Translations under genes and position numbers: made by a program | The notes under the pieces: generated by a model | The model's input: the letters and a program-made list of their open reading frames with translations, nothing else | What the model was told of the DNA's origin: nothing | Database searches by the model: none | Part shown: positions 39,607 through 48,549 of the stretch, piece after piece | Numbering within the stretch: position 1 is the stretch's first letter | Layout of the letters: each line of letters begins with the position of its first letter | Assembly: GCA_040753575.1 (NCBI GenBank) | Contig: JBFMEC010000001.1 | Coordinates: 1 to 55,863, forward strand | Length of the DNA: 55,863 nt | Direction: 5' to 3' | Origin: Nitrospirota bacterium | Lineage (GTDB): Bacteria > Nitrospirota > Thermodesulfovibrionia > Thermodesulfovibrionales > SM23-35

Positions 39607-40041
39607 TTATGACTCTCTGTCTGTGACCATGGCAGTAAATTCGGCTTCTGCCGCAATTTTGTCTTCAACAAGGGCGTTACCAGAAAACTTCCAGACATTT
39701 CCTCTTTGCTGAAGGATAGTAATCTCGAATTTTAGCTGATCTCCTGGAACAACGGGTCTCCTGAATTTTGCCTTCTCTATGCTCATGAAATAAACGGACT
39801 TTCCTATTGTGGCACCTGAACGAAAGGCAAGTATACCCGCTACCTGAGCCATCGCCTCTATTATCAATACGCCAGGCATTATGGGTTGACCGGGAAAATG
39901 TCCCTGGAAAAATTCTTCATTGATCGTAACATTCTTGATCCCAACGATCTTGGCTCCTGGTTCTATCTCTATGATCCTGTCGACTAAAAGAAAGGGATAT
40001 CGGTGAGGTAAAAATTGTTGTATCTCCTTTATATTCATCAT
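39607..40041 (-). CDS. fabZ: 3-hydroxyacyl-ACP dehydratase
   Basis: 144 aa with LPHRYPFLLVDRI, FFQGHFPGQPIMPGVL and IEAMAQ. Confidence 0.93.
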   Translation of the reverse strand: MMNIKEIQQFLPHRYPFLLVDRIIEIEPGAKIVGIKNVTINEEFFQGHFPGQPIMPGVLIIEAMAQVAGILAFRSGATIGKSVYFMSIEKAKFRRPVVPGDQLKFEITILQQRGNVWKFSGNALVEDKIAAEAEFTAMVTDRES

Positions 40042-41069
40042 CTGGAATACCTCCTTTCAAGTTCCTCGATTTTTTCTTCAAGTTTTCTGATCTTTTTAAA
40101 GAGTTCCGGCAGTTTCTGGAATATGGCGATTGCCTTTAACCAGTTTCTGTGGGGAATTACGGGTATCCCTGAATACTCTCCTTTTGAAAGATTTCCCATT
40201 ATGCCTGATTTTGCACCTATTATTGCTCCCGAATCTATTTTAAGGTGATCAGCAACCCCAACCTGGCCAGCTAAAGTCACAAAATCGCCAATTTCGGAAC
40301 TTCCACCAATTCCGACTTGAGCAACAATAAGCGAATTGCAACCGATTTTGACATTATGTGCGATCTGGACAAGGTTATCTATTTTTGTGCCTCTTCCAAT
40401 TATTGTATTTCCTGTCGTTGCCCTGTCAATCGAAACATTTGAACCGATCTCCACGTCATCCTCAATTATGACGCCCCCTACCTGGGGAATCTTATAGTGT
40501 CTTCCTTCCTCGAAAACATAACCAAAACCATCAGAGCCTATGACCGAACTGGAATGGATGGTTACTCCATTACCTACCTTTACATTTTCCCTCAGTGTAA
40601 CATTTGGATAAATGACACACCTCTCCCCCAAAGTAGTATTTTCACCTATAAAGACAAAAGGATAAATAATTGTCCAGTCGCCAATAGAAACACCATCCGA
40701 TATAAAGGAGAAAGGAAAGATTGAAATGTTCTTACCTACCCGCGCCTTATCAGATACAATGGCATCCTTGCTAATTCCTGCGGGTTTCAGTTGTTTTACA
40801 TAGAAGTGCTCAAGTAATCTTGCAAAGGCATAATGAGGGTTTGATACTTTAAGCTGTGTTATTTTGATAGATAGTATTGGTTCCTTTACGATTATACAAG
40901 ACGCCCTGCATGCTGTAATGTCTTTGATATACTTCGCTGAAGAAACAAAGGTAATATCCCCTTCTTGAGAACTGCTTATGCTCGATACCCCCGTGATTTC
41001 AATATCATCCGCCTGAGATGGCCCGATTATTTCTCCGTTAAACAGGGACGCAATTTCTCGAAGCTTCAC
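40038..41069 (-). CDS. lpxD: UDP-3-O-acylglucosamine N-acyltransferase
   Basis: 343 aa with hexapeptide repeats and a C-terminal coiled-coil helix, in lpx cluster context. Confidence 0.9.
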   Translation of the reverse strand: MKLREIASLFNGEIIGPSQADDIEITGVSSISSSQEGDITFVSSAKYIKDITACRASCIIVKEPILSIKITQLKVSNPHYAFARLLEHFYVKQLKPAGISKDAIVSDKARVGKNISIFPFSFISDGVSIGDWTIIYPFVFIGENTTLGERCVIYPNVTLRENVKVGNGVTIHSSSVIGSDGFGYVFEEGRHYKIPQVGGVIIEDDVEIGSNVSIDRATTGNTIIGRGTKIDNLVQIAHNVKIGCNSLIVAQVGIGGSSEIGDFVTLAGQVGVADHLKIDSGAIIGAKSGIMGNLSKGEYSGIPVIPHRNWLKAIAIFQKLPELFKKIRKLEEKIEELERRYSR

Positions 41070-41590
41070 TGATCTTTCGGTTTTGCCTTCGATTCGTTGT
41101 ATTTCTTTATAACAGTATCAGTGATGTCTATGCCTTTATCCGAATAGAGGACTGCATTTCTGTCCAAGATGAGCATATAGCCATCTTCTTTTCCTATTTT
41201 GTCGACTATCTCAAAAATCTCTTTTGATATCATATCTTCTAATTCCATTCTTTTTTTCTTGAATTCGGCCTCCGAATCCTGGACAAGTCTCTGATACTCC
41301 CTGATTAACCTTTCGAGTTCTTCTTCCTTATTTTTCTTTGCTTCTGCGGAGAGTACGGAGGCCTGTTTCTCCAGTTCGCTCCTGAGCTTTTCTATGACCT
41401 TACCCTTTTCATCTATGACCGCCTGTTTTGCCGCCCTCATGGACTCTAAGTCAGATTTTGCCTTCTTTCCTGCTTCTGATTCATTCAAAGCCTTCAGTCC
41501 ATCAACAACCCCTGTTTTGATTGAATCAGCCCCAAATGAAAGGGTTGGCACAATCAGAATGGTCAAGACCAACAGCAATAATTTTCTCAT
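41066..41590 (-). CDS. skp: Periplasmic chaperone Skp/OmpH
   Basis: 174 aa with a signal peptide and a long charged coiled-coil region. Located between bamA and lpxD. Confidence 0.75.
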   Translation of the reverse strand: MRKLLLLVLTILIVPTLSFGADSIKTGVVDGLKALNESEAGKKAKSDLESMRAAKQAVIDEKGKVIEKLRSELEKQASVLSAEAKKNKEEELERLIREYQRLVQDSEAEFKKKRMELEDMISKEIFEIVDKIGKEDGYMLILDRNAVLYSDKGIDITDTVIKKYNESKAKPKDQ

Positions 41591-41611
41591 TTCTCCTCCT
41601 TAAATTTTTTA

Positions 41612-43861
41612 CTAAAAGAATGTGCCGAAGGCAAATTCAGCCTTGCTTGCATCCTCTCCGGGTTTTCTCTTAAGATTATAACCCCATTCAATCCTTATGG
41701 GCCCAAAAGGTGAAATCCATCTTACCCCTATTCCTGTAGTATATCTGAGACTTCCAAAATTTTTGAACGATTCATAGGAGTTACCCGCATCGAAGAATAC
41801 CACACCTTTTAATCTTATCTCACTAAGAATAGGGAATATATATTCTGCATTTAAGATAAGTTCTTCTGTACCACCTATCACATCGCCTGTTTTTTTGTCT
41901 CTTGGTCCTGCCTCACCAAATCCCAGACCTCTTATAGTATATATGCCGCCCACATAAAACCTTTCGTAAAGTGGCAGATCCTTGCCGAAAATACCTGAGG
42001 CATAGCCAAATCTGCCTCTGAACATGAATGTAGTACTTTTAACCGGGAAATACCAGGCAGAGTCAACTTCTCCCTTTACAAAATAGTTAGTGCCGCCAAT
42101 TCCAGCATATGTGACATAAAGGGAATTTCTGGATCCCTTAGTTGGATCAAGGTAATTGTCCCGCGAGTCTCTCACTATTGCGGGAGTAATACTGCTTGTC
42201 ACTCTTGTACCTTCCTGATCCTTTATTACTGCCGAGGCATCCTCAACTATATTAAATATCGTTGCATTCTCAAAATTATAGGTGAGATCGGCGCTCCAGT
42301 ATTCTGAGAACCTCTTACCGAAGGAAAAGCCAAAACCCGTTGCTTTCTTATCGTATTCTATATATTCTCTGGTGGTTCGATAGATACTCGTGGAAAAAGA
42401 AATTGGCTTATCCATGAACCAGGGATCCCTGAAGGTAATGTCATAATAAGTGCTTCTTCCGCCGACTTCCGCACCGATCTTCAAATATTGCCCCTTACCG
42501 AAGAGATTGCCCTGTGTCAGATTGACCATGGCAATAAATTTATCCACGGAGCTATAACCGCCCCCGATGCTTACAAAGCCTGTAGGTCTTTCCTTTACCT
42601 TCACCTCAACATCCAACAATTTTTCTTCTGGCCTGGGTTTGGGAATGATTTCCACCGTCTCGAAAAAATTGAGATTATTGATCCTTTCATAGCTTCTTTT
42701 CAGTAAAGCGCTGTTAAAGACATCACCCTCATCAAGTCTAATTTCTCTTCTTATAACTTTGTCTCTCGTCCTGGTGTTTCCTGAAATCTCTATCCTGCCT
42801 ATCCTGTATTTGTCGCCCTCTTCAATCTTTAGTATTAGCTTTACGAGTTTTTTACTCTCGTCAGGTATAAGATCGGGTGTAATAGTCACCGTGGCATAGC
42901 CGTTTTCGGTATATAAATCAGAGATCGAAAGTATACTTCCTTTAAGATTTTCTTTACTGAAGATGGAATTTGGGATCAGCGTGACCCTTTTTTTCAATTC
43001 ATCAGTACTGAAGACTTTATTACCCGAGAATTCGATGGAAGATATTTTGAACTGATCACCCTCTGAAATTGGTATCGTTATTATCATCCCCTTTCTGTTA
43101 TCCGTCAGATGAATCTTTGGTTCCCCCACTGCTACCTTTATGAATCCATTATTGAAATAAAGGTCCCTTATCCTCTCAATATCCGAATCCATGCGCTCCT
43201 TCTTATAATATCCGGAGGAAGTTATAAAAGAGAAAATGGACCATTTTTTCGTCTCAATAACCTTTTTTATCTTGCCCGCTGAAATGAATTTGTTTCCTTC
43301 TATATTTATTTTCTTAATCTTTACCTTTGGGCCTTCCTCTATCTGATAGGTCAGACTGACCTCATCGGGGCCTATTTTTCTGATGACCGGTACGATTCTT
43401 GATAACCAGTACCCCTCTTCTTCATAAAAGGCCCGCAGCCTGCTCGTATTTTCCTGAATCAGTACGGCATCAGCAATTGTGCCTGTTGTAATTGTGAGCT
43501 TTTCTTTAAGTTTCGAGTCATCCAGCTCCTTATTACCCTGAAATTCGATTTTTACAATGGTGGGTTTTTCCTTCACAACGTAGATGAGTTTTATGCCGCC
43601 TTCGAAGGCTTCGATTTCTGCCTTTACGTCATCGAAGTACCCCAGTTTGAAAATATTTTTGATGTCCTCATTTGTTTTATCCTGGGAGATAGGCTCACCC
43701 ACCTTCTGGGTGATCTTAGACTTGACTGCACTCTCTTCGATTCTCTTTAGACCCTTTATTTCTATTGATTTGACGATCGGTAGTTCTTGAGAACAGACAG
43801 ACCATGGTTTCAGAACCAGAAGGAAGATCAACGAGATCGTTAGTGAACCTGTTTTCAGCAT
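41612..43861 (-). CDS. bamA: Outer membrane protein assembly factor BamA
   Basis: POTRA repeats followed by a C-terminal beta-barrel ending FAFGTFF. The start is trimmed to the ATG at 43861, which has a GGAGG RBS 6 nt upstream. Confidence 0.93.
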   Translation of the reverse strand: MLKTGSLTISLIFLLVLKPWSVCSQELPIVKSIEIKGLKRIEESAVKSKITQKVGEPISQDKTNEDIKNIFKLGYFDDVKAEIEAFEGGIKLIYVVKEKPTIVKIEFQGNKELDDSKLKEKLTITTGTIADAVLIQENTSRLRAFYEEEGYWLSRIVPVIRKIGPDEVSLTYQIEEGPKVKIKKINIEGNKFISAGKIKKVIETKKWSIFSFITSSGYYKKERMDSDIERIRDLYFNNGFIKVAVGEPKIHLTDNRKGMIITIPISEGDQFKISSIEFSGNKVFSTDELKKRVTLIPNSIFSKENLKGSILSISDLYTENGYATVTITPDLIPDESKKLVKLILKIEEGDKYRIGRIEISGNTRTRDKVIRREIRLDEGDVFNSALLKRSYERINNLNFFETVEIIPKPRPEEKLLDVEVKVKERPTGFVSIGGGYSSVDKFIAMVNLTQGNLFGKGQYLKIGAEVGGRSTYYDITFRDPWFMDKPISFSTSIYRTTREYIEYDKKATGFGFSFGKRFSEYWSADLTYNFENATIFNIVEDASAVIKDQEGTRVTSSITPAIVRDSRDNYLDPTKGSRNSLYVTYAGIGGTNYFVKGEVDSAWYFPVKSTTFMFRGRFGYASGIFGKDLPLYERFYVGGIYTIRGLGFGEAGPRDKKTGDVIGGTEELILNAEYIFPILSEIRLKGVVFFDAGNSYESFKNFGSLRYTTGIGVRWISPFGPIRIEWGYNLKRKPGEDASKAEFAFGTFF

Positions 43862-44098
43862 TCTTACCTCCGTATTTAAACTCGAAAAGTATAGCACCCA
43901 GAGCAGGGTAAAAGTAAACAGAAATGTTCTTTTTTTCTACGAAAATTAAAAATCTTGAAGTCTGTAATCTTAGCACATCAAATAAATAAATTAATTGATT
44001 AGTTTTTTTTATTTGATTATTCATTTGATTTGTATTATGCTGGATTGCTCAGTTTCTTTTAAAGACTTCGCAAAAATCAAATCAAAGAGGAGGTTGCC

Positions 44099-45346
44099 AT
44101 GAAGAAGTACGACACGCCTTTGATTGACGAGTTGGAAAAAGGGCCATTTCCAAGTTTCGTCACCGAGATCAAGAAGGCAGCGAAGAAGAATGAAATGGCC
44201 AATGATGAATTGGGTCAGCTCGAGTACTCTTTCAAGACCAACCGCGGATACTGGAAGCATGGTGGAATTGTTGGTGTCCTCGGCTATGGAGGTGGTATCA
44301 TCGGAAGATACTCTGAGCTACCGGATAAGTTCCCCAATGTTGAATTTTTCCACACCGTCAGGATAAACCAGCCGTCTGGTTGGTTTTACACCACAGAGGT
44401 GTTGAGAGAAATTGCGGACATTTGTGACAAGTACGGGAGCGGCATTACAAACTTTCATGGTTCCACTGGTGACATGGTTTTACTCGGGACGACTACCGCG
44501 AATCTCGAACCCATTTTTGCAGAGCTTACGTCTAAGGAAAAACCTGCCCATTTAAGATTTGATCTTGGTGGCTCAGGTTCTGCCATGAGGACGCCGAGTT
44601 GCTGTAATGGTCCTGCACGTTGCGAATGGACGAACTATGACACCATGGAGGCCTGCTACCAGATTACACAGGAATTCCAGGATGAACTCCATAGGCCGGC
44701 ATTTAACTATAAATTCAAGTTTAAGTTCGCAGGTTGCGCCTGTGACTGTGTTGCATCTATGGCTCGTTCTGACTGTTCTGTAGTTGGCACATGGAGAGGT
44801 CCCATCCTTATCGACCAGGATGCCATAAAATGGCATGAAAAGAAGGGAGTAGATGTCCAGAGAGACATTGTAAACATGTGCCCCACGCAGTGCATCACCT
44901 ACGATGGTAAAGCGATGAAGATAGACAATGCTGAATGTATCAGGTGTATGCATTGTATTTCAAAACTTCATCATGCACTGAAACCAAGCGGTGAAAGGGG
45001 TGCAACAATCTGTATCGGTAATAAGGCACCTATCGTTATAGGAACCATACTCTCCCATGTCATCATCCCATTTATGAAGATGGAGGCACCTTTTAATGAA
45101 CTTAAGGAATTGGCCCGTAAGATGTGGGACTGGTGGGATGAAAATTCAAAACCCAGGGAAAGGATAGGAGAGGTTATAGAGTTTAAGGGCATGAGGTCTT
45201 TCCTCGAGGCCATTGATGTGCCTCCTATGCCGTATCATGTTAAAGAGCCGAGAAGAGACCCCTTCTGGTTCTTCAAGGAAGAGGATATAGAAGTACTTAA
45301 GAAGAAAGAGGAAGAGGAAAAGAAGACTGGAAAATTTAAATTTTAA
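44099..45346 (+). CDS. dsrA: Dissimilatory sulfite reductase alpha subunit
   Basis: 415 aa. Siroheme/FeS Cys clusters CNGPARC and GCACDC, and the ferredoxin insert CPTQCI...CIRCMHC. RBS AGAGGAGG. Confidence 0.95.
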   Translation: MKKYDTPLIDELEKGPFPSFVTEIKKAAKKNEMANDELGQLEYSFKTNRGYWKHGGIVGVLGYGGGIIGRYSELPDKFPNVEFFHTVRINQPSGWFYTTEVLREIADICDKYGSGITNFHGSTGDMVLLGTTTANLEPIFAELTSKEKPAHLRFDLGGSGSAMRTPSCCNGPARCEWTNYDTMEACYQITQEFQDELHRPAFNYKFKFKFAGCACDCVASMARSDCSVVGTWRGPILIDQDAIKWHEKKGVDVQRDIVNMCPTQCITYDGKAMKIDNAECIRCMHCISKLHHALKPSGERGATICIGNKAPIVIGTILSHVIIPFMKMEAPFNELKELARKMWDWWDENSKPRERIGEVIEFKGMRSFLEAIDVPPMPYHVKEPRRDPFWFFKEEDIEVLKKKEEEEKKTGKFKF

Positions 45347-45358
45347 AGGAGGTATAAA

Positions 45359-46471
45359 ATGGGATTCTATGGTGACAGGAAACTAACTGAAGAGGAATGT
45401 AAGAAACTCAGAGAGACAGATATAGGGCCACCCCACTATAAACATTTTTTGCCGCCGGTAATCCAGAAAAATTATGGCAAATGGAAGGACCATGAGATCC
45501 TGAACCCCGGCCTGATGGTTCATATAGCAGAAAGCGGTGATAAGGTATGGAGTGTGAGAGTGGCAACGCCAAGGATTATAGCCACTGATACAATCCGTGA
45601 AGTGTGTGATATAGCAGATAAGTATTGTGGTGGGCATCTCCGCTGGACATCAAGGAATAATATAGAGTTCCTCGTATCAGAGGAGAAAAATGTTGAGCCC
45701 ATTCAGGAAGAGCTTAAGAAACGCGGCTTCTTGATGGGTGGCATCGGCTACAGGATAAGCAACATGGTTCATACCCAGGGCTGGGTTCATTGCCATGGTG
45801 CTGCAACAGATGCTTCCGGCATAGTTAAATCTGTTATGGATGAGCTTGCTGATTATTTCACCACAAAGGAACTCCCTAATAAGCTGAGACTCGCCCTCGC
45901 ATGCTGCCCCAATATGTGCGGCGCCGTCCACTGTTCAGACATAGCGGTAGTTGCGATTCACACAAAGGTGCCCCCGGTTGATGCTGAGAGATTGCGTAAG
46001 GTTTGTGAGATACCTACAGTCATCGCATCCTGCCCGACAAGGGCGATAAGCCCTGATCCTGCCACAAAAAGCGTCAAGATCAATGCTGAAAAATGCATGT
46101 ACTGCGGAAACTGTTTCACCGTCTGCCCGGCCATTGACATCAAAGACCCTTACAGAGATGGTCTTGCGATAGTTATCGGTGGTAAGGTAACAAGCCAGAG
46201 AACTAATCCAAAGTTCTCAAGGCTTGCTATTCCTTATATTTCAAATGAGCCGCCGAGATGGCCGAAGGTTGTTGGAGCAGTAAAGCACATCGTTGAGCTC
46301 TATGCAAAGCATGCAAGAAAATATGAGAGAGTTGGCGAGTGGATAGACAGGATCGGCTGGGAGAAATTCTTCCAACTCAGCGGAATCGAGTTTACATATC
46401 AGTGCATCGATGATTTCACCTTCATGAGGGAGACTCTGAGGAATACGCCAACATTTAAGTGGATTTCGTGA
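45359..46471 (+). CDS. dsrB: Dissimilatory sulfite reductase beta subunit
   Basis: 370 aa with [11 protein letters not shown] and the ferredoxin insert CPTRAI...[12 protein letters not shown], immediately after dsrA. Confidence 0.95.
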   Translation: MGFYGDRKLTEEECKKLRETDIGPPHYKHFLPPVIQKNYGKWKDHEILNPGLMVHIAESGDKVWSVRVATPRIIATDTIREVCDIADKYCGGHLRWTSRNNIEFLVSEEKNVEPIQEELKKRGFLMGGIGYRISNMVHTQGWVHCHGAATDASGIVKSVMDELADYFTTKELPNKLRLALACCPNMCGAVHCSDIAVVAIHTKVPPVDAERLRKVCEIPTVIASCPTRAISPDPATKSVKINAEKCMYCGNCFTVCPAIDIKDPYRDGLAIVIGGKVTSQRTNPKFSRLAIPYISNEPPRWPKVVGAVKHIVELYAKHARKYERVGEWIDRIGWEKFFQLSGIEFTYQCIDDFTFMRETLRNTPTFKWIS

Positions 46472-46480
46472 TAAAATATG

Positions 46481-46524
46481 ATAAAGGTTAAGGTTGAAAA
46501 ATATTTTTCAACCTTAACCTTTAT
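46481..46524 (+). promoter_or_regulatory. Perfect 44-bp palindrome (RNA stem-loop) between dsrB and dsrD
   Basis: ATAAAGGTTAAGGTTGAAAAAT followed by ATTTTTCAACCTTAACCTTTAT, an exact reverse complement. It starts 9 nt after the dsrB stop and ends 22 nt before the dsrD ATG, and it is built from AAGGTT words. Confidence 0.8.
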
Positions 46525-46546
46525 CTCAGAAAGAGGTGATACTTTT

Positions 46547-46795
46547 ATGGAGAAGGAAGAGTTAAAAGACAAGATTTTTGCTTTCTGTGAAAGGTTTAAA
46601 GGAAAGAAAAAACTGAAAGAGAGGGATGTGATTAAAGGTGTCTCCGAAGAGACAGGGACTCCTCCAGATGATGTTAAGAAGGCGCTTAGAGAAATGATTG
46701 ATGTGGGAAGGTTAATGTATTCTTATGCCGGCGGGGCTAGCTCTGTGGAAATACCGAGCGAGGAATATCTTAGAGAAAAAGGTCTTATAAAATAA
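46547..46795 (+). CDS. dsrD: DsrD
   Basis: 82 aa. It aligns to Desulfovibrio DsrD (from memory): KDKIFAFC, DDVKKALREMIDVGRLMYSYAGGASSVE vs REVKKILTALVNDEVLEYWSSGSTTMY. RBS AAGAGGTGA. The start is trimmed from 46478. Confidence 0.85.
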   Translation: MEKEELKDKIFAFCERFKGKKKLKERDVIKGVSEETGTPPDDVKKALREMIDVGRLMYSYAGGASSVEIPSEEYLREKGLIK

Positions 46796-46804
46796 ATCCC
46801 CAAT

Positions 46805-46910
46805 GAGTCATTAAGTCATTAAGATTATTCAGGAATCAGTAAAGTCAGCTATTTAAACCCAGCGTAATTGATAATGTTATAATAGATTTTGCTTGATGAC
46901 TTAATGACTC
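46805..46910. repeat. Inverted 19-bp arms built from GTCATTAA octamer words (dsrD-dsrN spacer)
   Basis: GAGTCATTAAGTCATTAAG (46805-46823) matches the reverse complement of CTTGATGACTTAATGACTC (46892-46910) at 18/19. The right arm overlaps the dsrN start. Confidence 0.85.
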
Positions 46911-48412
46911 AACTTAACCATTTAATTCCGAGAATTGTCATAGCCGGTCTTAGAGGCGGGTCTGGCAAGACTATTGTTAGCCTTGGTCTAATAGCATCTT
47001 TCAAGCGTGGAAACCTTACAATTGTTCCTTTCAAAAAAGGGCCTGACTATATTGACGCGGGATGGTTATCATATGCAGCAGGCAAACCATGTTACAATCT
47101 TGATCCTTTTTTAACCGGAAAGGATAAGATTTTATCCTCTTTCCGGAAGCATGCATTAGGTGCCCATTGCGCTTTAATAGAAGGAAATAGAGGACTTTTT
47201 GATGGCATGGATTCTGATGGTACCTATAGCACTGCTGAACTTGCAAAGTTATTAAAAGCCCCAGTCGTATTGATTATTGATTGCACAAAGATGACAAGAA
47301 CGGCTGCCATTATTGCTACTGGTATTCATAGGTTCGATCCTCGTCTCGAAATAAAGGGTGTGATCCTCAATCAGATAGCTAACAAACGCCATGAAAAAGT
47401 AATAAGAGAATCTTTTGAAAAATATTGCAAGCTTCCCGTTCTGGGTGCCCTTCCAAAAATATCGGAAGAGTTTTTCCCTGAAAGACATATGGGTTTAACA
47501 CCCTACCATGAACACAGAAAGGTCGAAAATTCGATTTCAGCTATTGAGGAGATAGCGGGGAAATATCTGAATTTAGAGAAAATCTGGAAGATTGTGAATG
47601 AAGCACCACCACTTGAATTTTTGAATGAGACCCACAAGGATTGGAGGATTCAAGTGGCCAAGAGGTCAAGTAAACTTGAATCCTTGAACCCTCGAATCCT
47701 TGAACCCTTTTCTGAAAGGGTTAGACCTGTGATCGGCGTTATAAAAGATTCTGCCTTCCAGTTTTATTATCCTGAAAACTTTGAAGAACTCCAGAAAAGA
47801 GGAGTGGAGCTGAAAGAAATAAGTGCCCTTAAAGCAAAAAGACTTCCTCAAATAGATGCCCTCTATATTGGCGGAGGTTTTCCCGAAACCCATGCCATAG
47901 CCCTTTCCGACAATATTGAGTTTCTCAACAATTTAAAAGAGGCGGTTGAAAAGGGACTACCTGTTTATGCCGAATGTGGAGGGCTGATGTTTCTGGGTGA
48001 ATCTCTTGTCCTTCATAGCAGGACATATCCAATGGCAGGTGTCTTCCCTCTAAAATTCTGCCTTGAGAAAAAGCCGCAGGCTCATGGATACACGATATTT
48101 GAGGTAGAAAGGACTAATCCTTATTATTCAGTTGGTACGGTCTTGAAAGGACATGAGTTTCATTATTCGAGAGTTTTAAATTCAGATGTTGCTTCGAGAA
48201 TCGGGACAGGTGATGATTTCTATTTTGCCTTTAAAATGAAACGAGGACTGGGCATATTCGAGAAAATGGATGGACTCTGCTATAAAAGTGTTCTTGCTAC
48301 CTATACTCATCTACATTCACTTGGAGCAGAGGAATGGGCAGATGGACTCGTTAATATGGCGAAGTCTTATAAGCTGAATGAATCACCAATGATCAGAGTA
48401 GATTTAGATTAA
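46904..48412 (+). CDS. dsrN: DsrN, cobyrinic acid a,c-diamide synthase-like amidotransferase (siroheme amidase)
   Basis: P-loop AGLRGGSGKT, a CbiA-type ATPase domain plus a C-terminal GATase (YAECGGLMFLG), in dsr context. ATG at 46904 is preferred over the TTG at 46889. Confidence 0.85.
   Translation: MTQLNHLIPRIVIAGLRGGSGKTIVSLGLIASFKRGNLTIVPFKKGPDYIDAGWLSYAAGKPCYNLDPFLTGKDKILSSFRKHALGAHCALIEGNRGLFDGMDSDGTYSTAELAKLLKAPVVLIIDCTKMTRTAAIIATGIHRFDPRLEIKGVILNQIANKRHEKVIRESFEKYCKLPVLGALPKISEEFFPERHMGLTPYHEHRKVENSISAIEEIAGKYLNLEKIWKIVNEAPPLEFLNETHKDWRIQVAKRSSKLESLNPRILEPFSERVRPVIGVIKDSAFQFYYPENFEELQKRGVELKEISALKAKRLPQIDALYIGGGFPETHAIALSDNIEFLNNLKEAVEKGLPVYAECGGLMFLGESLVLHSRTYPMAGVFPLKFCLEKKPQAHGYTIFEVERTNPYYSVGTVLKGHEFHYSRVLNSDVASRIGTGDDFYFAFKMKRGLGIFEKMDGLCYKSVLATYTHLHSLGAEEWADGLVNMAKSYKLNESPMIRVDLD
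47675..47706. repeat. Octamer tandem repeat inside the dsrN interdomain linker
   Basis: CTTGAATC CTTGAACC CTCGAATC CTTGAACC. It contains a 15-nt direct repeat GAATCCTTGAACCCT at 47678 and 47694, and encodes LESLNPRILEP. Confidence 0.85.
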
Positions 48413-48548
48413 GGTTAAGGCTAAGAGTTAAGGAAGTTCTAAATCTTCATCTTAACCTCAACCTTAATCTTAACCTTGACCTTCAGAGATTCAGGATTTG
48501 TTTGGGATTTGGATATTAGGATTTAGAATTTGAGGTTCAAATTGATCA
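48401..48548. repeat. About 150-bp block of 6-7-nt tandem words with complementary arms (dsrN 3' end to the next ORF)
   Basis: AAGGTT AAGGCT AAGAGTT AAGGAAG is complementary to CTTAAC CTCAAC CTTAAT CTTAAC CTTGAC. This is followed by GGATTTG TTTGGGA TTTGGAT ATTAGGA TTTAGAA TTTGAGG. The dsrN stop (48410-48412) lies inside the block. Confidence 0.85.
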
Positions 48549-48549
48549 T

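Noticed and set aside
44024-44086. 9-nt complementary segments TTTGATTTG (44024-44032) and CAAATCAAA (44078-44086) plus repeated TTTGATT motifs in the dsrA leader, also seen upstream of the PEPCK-like gene; considered as a regulator site or an SD-proximal hairpin
   Set aside because: These are AT-rich 9-mers in an AT-rich leader, so chance complementarity is likely. There is no clean FNR/CRP-type TTGAT-N4-ATCAA box, and I could not define a convincing -35/-10 pair for dsrA by eye.
48401-48548. Possibility that the repeat blocks are CRISPR arrays
   Set aside because: The units are contiguous 6-8-nt words without unique spacers of constant length, there are no 25-40-nt repeats, and no cas genes are present.
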